A stretch of DNA of 64,000 nt, taken from Hyphochytrium catenoides (lineage: Eukaryota; Protista; Hyphochytriomycota). Shown here piece by piece: positions 54,859 to 64,000 of the stretch. The notes beneath the pieces were generated by a model, which had not been told where the DNA came from, did not search any database, and was given only the letters and a program-made list of their open reading frames with translations. How positions within the stretch are numbered: position 1 is the stretch's first letter; each line of letters starts with the position of its first letter. Location: positions 22,765-86,764 of the forward strand of contig FLMG01000893.1 of the NCBI GenBank assembly GCA_900088475.1. The letters run 5' to 3'. The position numbers and the translations under genes were made by a program.

Positions 54859-57805
54859 CTCCCCGACACTTCACAGCTTACTTACGGCACCAGAAGGACT
54901 TGTGCCAGTGATAAAGCAGAACTTTAACTAAGGACCCTTGCCCTGGCAGACTCTCCCTTGAGTCTCAACGAAAATCTCTTCACTCAGCTCTATGAGGTTT
55001 CAAGGGAACTTTCTCTTGACTGAGCAATCTTGACAAGAGACCCGATCTGGGTCTCACTCTCCCTGTCCATACAGTGCGTTCATACACAGACCACCCAGCG
55101 TCCTGATCCCTGATGATACCACTTCTATTTGTGAGCAGAAGGTGCAAACAGGATAACTATCCCAAATACCGCCACCTCCCCACCGCGCTGTGTTTACACA
55201 TAGAAGGACAAACAATATCTCGTGCGGGTCTTCCTTCTGTGTAATAAAGCTATACAGCCTGAGCTTCAGCACACCTGGGTGACCTTGCTTGGGCTGCTGC
55301 TGCTGGCTGCTGCTGCTGTATCTATAGCTTCAACATCATCCATAAGAATAAGAGGTTTATCTTGAGCTCACAGTTTATTTATTGAGCCAGACGACGGCCA
55401 GACTCGATTGGTTGAGTATGAAGAGGGTTCCTGATGACAAGAAGTAGTTCTCCTTGTAAAGTAGGAGGGGAACTTCTGCAGAGAACGGAGTAATAAAGAG
55501 AAATCCTGCCTGCAATCATCGACCACAAAGGAAGAGACCACCTCTACAGGTCTTCTGACAAATATTTATGAAATTGCTTTTTATAATAGTTGCTCTTTAT
55601 GAGCATTTATGACTAGGATACAATGGTAATAGAAGGCTTGAGCGGCAACAAGCGGGAAATTGCCGGTGGCTGGGGCTGGGGCTGGTGGGATTGCGGTAAC
55701 AGGCTTTGGAGAGGATGACATGAGGACTTCAAGTCAATTTACTGTTGTTAGACGCTTGATCTATGGATAGGGCACCCTGGCAGAAACGGTCGTCATTAGT
55801 GTCTTTGTTCAACACGGCTCCTGAGTAGCAACGCAGCTCCCCCATCTGCCACTTTCCCTGGCGTTTCATCAGCAGTGAAAATTAGTGATGCATAAACAAT
55901 GAAAAAATGCCTTCACTTTACCCTCAATCTGTCCGATATTTTCCGATGTTTCCCGGTGAGGTTGGTGATCGGAACCAAGGCGCTTCTTACTCCAATTAGC
56001 GATCCATCATCATCATCGACTTGTTTGGGGAGATAAATCATAGAAAGCTCATCATAGGATAGCCTATCGAGAGGTACGAGAGGAGGCCTGAGAGCATGCT
56101 AATAGTGGTTTCCTAACTGTGTGATCTGTTGAGAAAAGGACCACCCATTGTTGAAAAGAGAAAAGGTGGCGCCAATATGAGCAGTACGCTGACAGCAGCC
56201 AAGGCCTGGTCATGCAGGTAATTATTTTTGGCGTTTTTCTTCTAAGAGCGCATCGATTTCTACTAGTGCTTTGTCGACGAAACAACTTTTAGTGCTAAGC
56301 CGGGCTCTCTACAAATCACCGTTCGACAGCTTGTATTGGTTAATATCATCCTGGAGTGTGAGACAGTTTGACCAGGGTCCCCTCTATGATGTCATGAGGC
56401 GATTCGATTGGGATCTTACCAAGGTAGGAATCCGCGATAGTAGCAGACCTTTCTAGAATGACCTAAGGGAACACTTTCATCCGACACTTCATGACACTTA
56501 ACTCCAAAGTCAGAGCGTTAGATTTGCCATCAACATAGGCAAACCGCCGTATGTCGCTGGATGATCTACTGAAATGTTTATCTTACCCATATCACCCAGA
56601 CAATCAGGTCTGTGAAGTACAGTTTTCTACTAATGCCCACAAACGGAACAATGTGGTGTCCGAGCCTATCTTCGTCAAGGCCACCATCGCATCAAGTCTG
56701 GACCTTTCATCAGGGCCAAAGGCATCAGTCTGGTGTCTGGGCCTATCTCCCTCATCGCTATTGTGAGATTTCACTCCCAGTTGCGTGCCCGATATTCCTG
56801 AACTTCCTTCTTTCGCTGTTCTCTGGCATTTGCAAAAGACTGCAAAGCATATCCACCCACAGCTATGGCCAGAAAATGCTCCCAAGGACCTATTATGGAA
56901 GTAGAGACGGTAAGAGCGGCGGACGACAACAGCCTCTGTCGCTCAGCTGTAAAGCACAAATCATACTACTTACGTCGCAACAAATGCTCACTGCGCATAG
57001 CGTTCACAGAGAGTTTCGCACAGAGTCCCATAGTAGCCCCTAATAGAAAGTGTCCCGCCATTGTGATAGGAAGGGGTTCTTCAGAGTGACACCTGATGTG
57101 TCTCTGGTGCCAGTGCTTGATGTTGGGACCCGCTGGTGCAATATGGTTTGCGCGACACTAATTGCCTGCTCTCAAAGCAGGGCCTTCGCACGCAATAGAC
57201 TACTTGTACCAGGCTGAGGCATGTAACGAGGAGGGAGGTAGCACAAAATATGACCGTGACCGAAGCTGCCTTCAGTTAGAAAATCCGCGATCTCTTCGCC
57301 TTTCTTCAGACTTTGTAAAAGTTGCGCCGTCAACAAGGTTGTTGCGGGTTTTTACAGTCTGAGCAAGCTCTATCGTCCTCTTCCGCCAATCCCCAGTCAG
57401 CGCTACGACCGCTAACGCCCCGCTGCTCTTCAGTACGAACATGCATTTCATAGTGGACAACGACAACGATCCTATAAGAAGTCGACCATTTTACATGGAC
57501 CTTGGGTTTTTAGACGGGAACTTTTTGCTACTGCCATTCTAAGGCTTACACTGCCAAGCTGTGATAAGATGAAGTTGAAGCTCAACCCTTATCCCTATCA
57601 GCTTATAGCCAGCAGTAAAGGCTACAGGCTTATTAGGCTTTTTGCCCTGATGTTAAGATCTGCGTTGATAGCACTCAGACTGGATTGTGTCAAGAAGCTT
57701 GCAGCTGTGATACTTTCTCATCCGGAAAGACCAGCTATTCTTGGCAACAAGGCGTACGGAAAGGTATTTGCCGGGTAGCAGCGTTCTGGTGTCGTTCGAC
57801 CAATT

Positions 57806-58929
57806 ATGACTGGAAGCCGACTTGTGGCTTTGGTGACCGGAGCTGCATCGGGGTTGGGGCGGGCCACCGCGGAGAAGTTTGTAAAGGCTGGAGGGTCCGT
57901 CGTCATTTGTGACCTGCCTTCAAGCGATGGTGAAGCAGTCGCCAAGTCTCTTGGAAGCCAAGCAGTTTTTGTTCCGACAGATGTACGTTGCATCGTTCGC
58001 TTTTCTGTCCAGGAGGTCCTGCCTTGGGCTACGCCAAGCTAAACAAGTTCTCTCCTAGAGCGAAGCAAGTTCTCTCCTTCTGACATGCGCTCTTCCACGT
58101 TAAACAGAGCGATTTCTTCTAAAACGCTTGCCTACTCTCCCTAGGTAACAAGTGAAGAAAACGTCACTACAGCGCTGGACACCGCGGCTGAGAGATTTGG
58201 GCCGGTCACAGCGGCCATTAACTGCGCTGGCATTGGCGTCGCTGTCAAGACGTTGGGGAAGAAGGGAGTTCACCCGCTGAATGCCTTTGATAAGGTCCTA
58301 AAGGTTAACACGGTTGGAACTTTCAATGTAATTCGCCTTGCAGCTGAGAGGTATGAAATGTGTTGTCCTAAGTATAACATTTGTGGGTTGCGCTAATACG
58401 GTTTGCATCTACCATGTGCACGTAGGATGTCCAAGAATGAAGTCGACAGTGACGGCCAGCGAGGCGTAATAGTCAATACGGCAAGCATAGCAGCCTTTGA
58501 CGGCCAAGTTGGACAGGCGGCGTACTCCGCATCTAAGGGAGCTATAGTGGGTATGACTCTCCCTATTGCCCGAGATCTGGCGCCACTAGGCATCCGAGTG
58601 AACACCATCGCCCCAGGTAAACTTTGAATCCACGCTTCCTGACTCAATTTCTGTAAGGTCCGCCTTTCACTAAGTGCTCAGCCGTAGCATCCAACGTTTT
58701 CCTCAAGCATATCCTAATACGACGCTTATCAACAGGCTTATTTTTAACGCCTCTCCTAATGGGGCTACCGGAAAAGGTCAAGGATCAACTAGGAGCCAGC
58801 GTCCCATTTCCAAGCAGACTAGGGCGACCAGAAGAGTTTGCTAGCCTCGTTTATCATATTTTTGAGAATCACATGATGAACGGGGAGGTGGTAAGGTTAG
58901 ATGGTGCCATTAGGATGCCGCCTCAGTAA
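57806..58929 (+). CDS. HSD17B10: 3-hydroxyacyl-CoA dehydrogenase type 2 (SDR); 4 exons
   Basis: [72 protein letters not shown]. Confidence 0.93.
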
Positions 58930-59077
58930 TATGGGCGGGACGTTGTAATAATTGCCGTCCTCTTCATGAACTGCCAATCTATCAACCCCCTTGATGTCGA
59001 GAGGATATATCAGAACCCATGTTGCCTACGATCTGTCTTAGAGTGGGTGAGGCGAGGAGGTGCCAAATCATTTAGTG

Positions 59078-59864
59078 TCAGCAATCCTCGCCATAGTCGA
59101 GTCGGCTGGGAATGATTTTCACACCTGTTTGTAGGACGTCAGCATCTAGAAAAATGTTAGCAAGTAGGCTTGCAAGATTGGTACCGTTATAGGGTGAGAA
59201 CATAAGTTTCTTCTTCCTTGTGGTCGAACAAGCTCCACCCTCAGAGCGGCCCCCAGAGTGGTACGAGCTTCGTTTTCTAAGAATCGAAGAAGGTGTCCCA
59301 GTTGCGTCTAAGCTGTTTTTGGCCCTCAGCGGGCTGAGTAATCTTTTGCTGACCTCGTCGGTCCTAGAACCTATTCGTTTCGCTCTAGCTAGGTCAGTTA
59401 GATAAAGTAGCTCTCTTTGAGAAAGCTCTGTTGGACCCTACAATGTCACCTACCTGGCGGTATTGGGAGATGCGTAATTATTCTCTGTTTCTTGATCCTG
59501 GACAGCGACTCCAATCAAGGTGAAGTTCATCCCAGGCCTTGATGGATCTGCACTATTGTCGCGGTGCCATCGATGTAACCTGAGAATATAGGTATCTTAA
59601 CTATTGTGTCCCGACAACTGATTCTTATGCAAATACCTTGCCACAAGCTGAGCCCGGGATCCTTTACCATTAAGACCCAGTTTCATACAGAGCTTCTGCA
59701 AATCTCTATGAAAAGGAGGGCGGCTCATAATTATGGGTCGCAGCTAGATGTTAAGCCAATTTTCAGGCCACTCACCGAAAAGACCAGATTTTGTCTGAGA
59801 ACAGCTCTGGGTTTAGGGAGATATATGACTGACTTTTGAGACGCGGACTCGAGCTTCTTTCCAT
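59078..59864 (-). CDS. Orphan protein (about 153 aa), S/T-P rich, with candidate SILK and RVxF-like motifs; exons 59864-59776, 59579-59454, 59384-59185, 59124-59078
   Basis: Four GT-AG exons sum to 462 nt with no internal stop, ending ...GTPSSILRKRSS...TTRKKKLMFSPYNGVKIIPSRLDYGEDC*; may extend further 5'. Confidence 0.65.
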
Positions 59865-60757
59865 GTCTATGCTAGAAAAAAAAAACGCGCTTTCCTGGAG
59901 GTTGCAAGAAACAGCAAGCTTGTAGGCAGGAGCCTCGATCTCTAGAGCACCGACGTGAGAACTCCTGGATGGGCGGCCTTTCAACGACGCTGCTCTTCTG
60001 CCAACGCTATGGGTTTACAAGGATGTCCTGACTCAGAAGGTGGTGTTGTAGAGCCCTACTGTATAGGCGCTGACTTCGAACTTATGAAATACTCCTGGAG
60101 TATTATCACAATGGACTCACAAGGGGAAGTTCAGTTTGAGGCTCATACAATGACGTGAGGACGGCGCCGCATTGAGGATTTTATTAAGAGAGATCATCAC
60201 ATCAGGAGACGAAGACACTTGACAATTGGATAATGGCATCAATGGTGTTACGCAAGTACTCCAATGTAAAATTGAACCAACGGCTATAAAGAACTAAAGC
60301 AGAAGTCCGTTTGTCAGTTATCATGTCAAGTAGCGAATGAGTTACCAACTTGAGTACGAAACTCCCCTTTCCTCTCTCTTTCACTCTTGCTCATCAATAA
60401 TTACGCAAGGCCAACATGGGAAGCTCAGTATTGTCTGTATACGTGCCTAGGAAGAGAACCATGGCTCCCTCGGGCCTTTATAGCCTCCAACTTTCCTGTC
60501 GACAGCGAAACGTTCCCTTCATCGTGTTTCAAAATTTACGGCATCATGTGGCGTTGGGAATGAGCCTTAAAGATATCGGTCAGGTGCAGACAGAGGAGCT
60601 CAACATGCAACAAAGTACTAGAATCCATTATTGTCTGGGTCCATCAGAAGATCAGGGTGAATGAGCATATAGTGCTCAAGATTACTGCTGGCAGCTCTCG
60701 CGCGCTCCAACCAACCTAACTTCGGTCACTACACCAGTGGCGGGCAGAAAAAGAGAG

Positions 60758-62696
60758 ATGTCTACCTTTCTGACTGAAGCGAGAGTCAAGGACTCCAGGT
60801 TTGTATCTGTCAACCTCCTACAACCACATCTCCTTTTCAGAGGCAAGGACTAACTGCTACATAGTGCCAGCAACAACCTTCAAGATGCGCTCGACTCATT
60901 CCAACAGATGCAATATCATGCTGTTCCTGCAGGGATGGAGGTAGTGCCGTATTTGTATTGCTATTCCCACCTTATGTCCTTCCATTCTTTACGTCTTCTT
61001 TATCTACTATCAAAGGCACAGCATTCCTGTCCCCCTCATCGCCTATAAGAGCAGACTTGACGTCAGACTGCTAACCACAGGTCACACAAGCTTCTCAATT
61101 GCTTCTCAAGAGGCGGGAGATGGAGGAAGTGGACAAGAGATTGGGAGAAGCCAAGATGATGTATGAGCGTGCAATGGAGGATCTTAGGCTGCGACAGGAG
61201 GCTTTGAATGACAAACAGCAAGACATCAAGCGGCAGGTCTGAGAGTATTTTGCGTTGTCAGGATCTTTATTTGATGGGTTGGTGCCATGTTGGCATCATC
61301 TATCCAAATGAACTTTCACTACGTTTTCCCATCGCGCAACTCGGATAGTTTTCTCCTCGTCCTTTTTCTGTTAAGTGAAGATCTTCCTTCGTTCTAGCGC
61401 CGCCCCCCTAAGAATAGACCAATAGATCAGCCAGTTTCAGAAGTTTATCCATGAAAGCGAGTTGAAGAGGCAGAGAGCAGAGGAGAAGGCGTTGGCCGAG
61501 AGTAAAAGCAGTCTTGAGTTAGATGAAAAGATCAAACATTCCCACAAGGAACTGCAGCGACTCGAAACGGAGCTGCAGAATTTGTCAAAGAGGTTAGGTA
61601 AGACGCTGATAGCTCAACACCGTCGTGGGCTTGGGATGGCAGCTTAGCTTTGAAAAGACGTTTGGAGTCTTTACAGCAATAGAGTCTGACTGACAGGACT
61701 CATTTGCATTCACATCTGCCAGGGAAAATGATTAGGTATAAGGTCTACCTCGAGAGGGTCGCTAGCCACGTGGAGGGTGAGACTGCGATGGAGGCCGATG
61801 ATCTCCTGAACAGATATATGACCCTTACTGCAACCAATGAAGATATCAAGAAGAATATATCGCAGATTGAAGAGAAGGTAGCGGCCGCCGCAGGCAGGAG
61901 AGTCACTTTCTCCTCAATCCGGAACTGATCATAGCTTCATTCTACCCTTGCCTTCAGATGGACATGTACAGACAGAACATTCTATCCACGGAAAGGGAGA
62001 CACAGAATAGCCTACTAGTTCAAAACGGCGAAACAAACAGGTAGACTTCTAAGCGTTCACCCCTTCAGACGCAACATGTTAATCTGCTGGCGTGCCAGAG
62101 TCCAAAGGCAGTTGGAAAAGCTCCGGATGACTGCGTTAGAGTTTGATGCTACACGCCAGAGAGATAACAAGATTTTGAACAATCGTGTCAAGGAGATGGG
62201 ACAGGTAACGCCAGTTTAGAGAGCGAAGGGCGATGGTGGACCAGGTTCTCATATCATCGTCGGACTGTCACTGGCTAGGTTATCCTGAGCATCGAGAACT
62301 TGTATAGGCGGAGTGTAACTTCTAGCAAAAAACAAGCAACTCTTCCGCAGGCTGATGATGGCTACGAATCAATTGAACGAATGGCCTCCTACTTATGGAC
62401 CATCCAGGAGCGTGTACTGGACCTAATGTACATCCAATCGAAGTACAGAACAGACAGAGTCGATCAGGTGCGACATCCTTTTTTTGTCCCCGTATGTTTG
62501 CCAAAAGACTGTGGACCACTACCTCCAAGCTGATCACTGCATCTCACAGGAGTCAGTCAAGGCCACCGACCATAACGGTAGTGTCACATACTCAAAGACC
62601 GGCGGATATGTTGTCAACAAAAAATCCAAATCAGTGGCCCCCATTGGTGATTCGGACAGTCTGATCCTGTCTAACACCCTGAAGGATATCGGCTAA
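60758..62696 (+). CDS. DUF4200 coiled-coil cilia/flagella protein (CCDC42/CFAP73-like); about 9 exons
   Basis: QLLLKRREMEEVD, QFQKFIHESELKRQRAEEKA, YKVYLERV, LLNRYMTL, EMGQVILSIENLY. Confidence 0.8.
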
Positions 62697-62835
62697 AGTC
62701 CTGGGTAGCAAGCATGTACGTGCCGCGTGTGGTGTACGAGCTATCACTGCAGTCTGAAAGAGCATGCACTCGCTCTCAGGCCCTGCTGCCTCCACCCTTG
62801 CTCCCTTTGGACAATCCACACTACTACTAGTACTT

Positions 62836-63082
62836 GTAGCTAGGTATTATTTCCTAGATTCAGCTCCTGTTGACTCATCTTGTGATAATAGAGAGCTGAG
62901 TCTACTTCCTGTAGTTCTAGTATGGCTTTATCAGATCCATCAAGTCGGCGGGGTTTTGTAGCTAGGTATTATTTCCTAGATTCAGCTCCTGTTGACTCAT
63001 CTTGTGATAATAATAGAGAGCTGAGTCTACTTCTGGTAGTTCTCGAGTATGTTTCTATCAGATCCGTCAAGTCGGCGGGGTT
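62836..63082. repeat. Two-copy tandem repeat (period 122 bp), each copy containing a long hairpin
   Basis: gtagctaggtattatttcctagattcagctcctgttgactcatcttgtgataatagagagctgagtcta... starts at 62836 and 62958. Confidence 0.93.
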
Positions 63083-63439
63083 CTGCCAGCTAGCCTTGAA
63101 ACGCTGGCAGAGCATCCCAAGCTACCAAAAAACACCAGCAATAGGGGCGGAGTGAGGCCCAGCAGAGGGATAATAACACTCTTTATAAAACAGAACCGAT
63201 TGCTGCTTTATGAGGCTGCTGCAGTAAAGAGAGTACTGTAGAACTACTTTTATTTACAAAGCACTAGCAACTGGCCTACAAGTCACAGGTTGGGCACCCT
63301 TCTGCCTGACAGTATTATCTCACACTGTCCCTGTTGTGTTCTTGTGCATGGTGTTGAGTGTTGAGTGTTGAGAGGGTCTTGGTCTTTTTCTCTGTCTCAT
63401 CTATAGATAGCGGACGTCTCCGTATCTCCCTCGTTCAAA

Positions 63440-63511
63440 GCAGCCATAGCTCAGTGGTAGAGCAATTGATTGCAGCTCAATAGGTCACTGGTTCAAATCC
63501 GGTTGGCTGCT
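63440..63511 (+). tRNA. trnC-GCA: tRNA-Cys (GCA)
   Basis: Cloverleaf: acceptor GCAGCCA/TGGCTGC, D arm GCTC/GAGC, anticodon stem ATTGA/TCAAT with loop TT-GCA-GC, T arm ACTGG-TTCAAAT-CCGGT, U73 discriminator, downstream T5 terminator. Confidence 0.93.
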
Positions 63512-64000
63512 TCTTTTTCTTGATTTAAGGAGCATGTTTAAAGGAGGCTTGTGTTATTCCTCCTAGAACTGAACCGTACTCTGTCTCCGTACCCTAGTTA
63601 GAACTTGAGAACTTACTCATAGAACTGTGGAAGCTAATAACACTAACATAGGCCACATAGCAACATAGGTACATTGTGCCCTCACCCCATCCTGTATAAC
63701 TCTGCAATTTCAGTACAGTATAGAACTGCCCAGTAGAACAGCGCTGCTTGTTGAAGATCTGTTTTCAAAGTCCAATCACAAACTGCCCTCGTGCGTGCTT
63801 GCTATTGCATCAACTCCTCGTTGTAACGAGTTCTACTGCGCTTGAGGGTCATAACACTGCATACGGGAAGGTTACATGTGAACGTAGGTGGTGAAGAGTG
63901 ATATTGGATAGAGAAGAGACCACTGTAGCCAATGCACTCTTGTTATCCAGCCAGGGGCATTGGCGATGAGGTCATGGGACGAGAATACTGAGCCCTCAAG

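Noticed and set aside
55420-55480. Hammerhead-ribozyme-like CTGATGA-stem motif (also at about 46818)
   Set aside because: At 55431 the core reads TAAA rather than GAAA and stem III cannot form; at 46818 stem II does not pair
62836-63082. 5S rRNA, suggested by the roughly 120-bp tandem unit
   Set aside because: No 5S consensus in the correct order on either strand
52596-63511. Functional link between the YbaK-family domain of ProRS and the nearby tRNA-Cys
   Set aside because: The domain has ProXp-ala features, the genes are 9 kb apart with unrelated genes between, and eukaryotic proximity is weak evidence

Overview
Intron-rich eukaryotic nuclear DNA (about 48-50% GC by eye, standard genetic code, GT-AG introns mostly 70-300 nt, one supported GC-AG intron, two N gaps). 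The gene content (CCDC42/CFAP73-like cilia gene, single-PAS bHLH-PAS factor, ProRS with a fused ProXp-ala domain) suggests a flagellated protist, possibly a stramenopile or other SAR lineage; this is inference. Manual splicing gives about 21 protein genes plus one tRNA-Cys. In order: a catalytically dead EF-hand/calpain (5'-truncated), COG6, an APC/LAT amino-acid transporter, a bacterial-like alpha/beta hydrolase, an orphan secreted Cys-rich protein, prolidase, a SAM-domain protein, CTF8, a YebC/TACO1 protein, a class I methyltransferase, a Rieske (RFESD-like) protein, IVD, an orphan 2-TM protein, an AFG2B/SPATA5L1-like AAA ATPase, bHLH-PAS, a TM RING-H2 ligase, ProRS, HSD17B10, an orphan with candidate PP1-docking motifs, CCDC42/CFAP73 and tRNA-Cys. 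Several genes (Rieske, Cys-rich secreted, PP1-motif orphan, SAM domain, most of the calpain) are invisible or fragmentary in the ORF track. I found no CRISPR array, intact transposon or clear multi-gene novel system. The best leads are individual genes, a tandemly duplicated RNA hairpin and recurrent upstream motifs. All family assignments come from motif recognition, not database searches.
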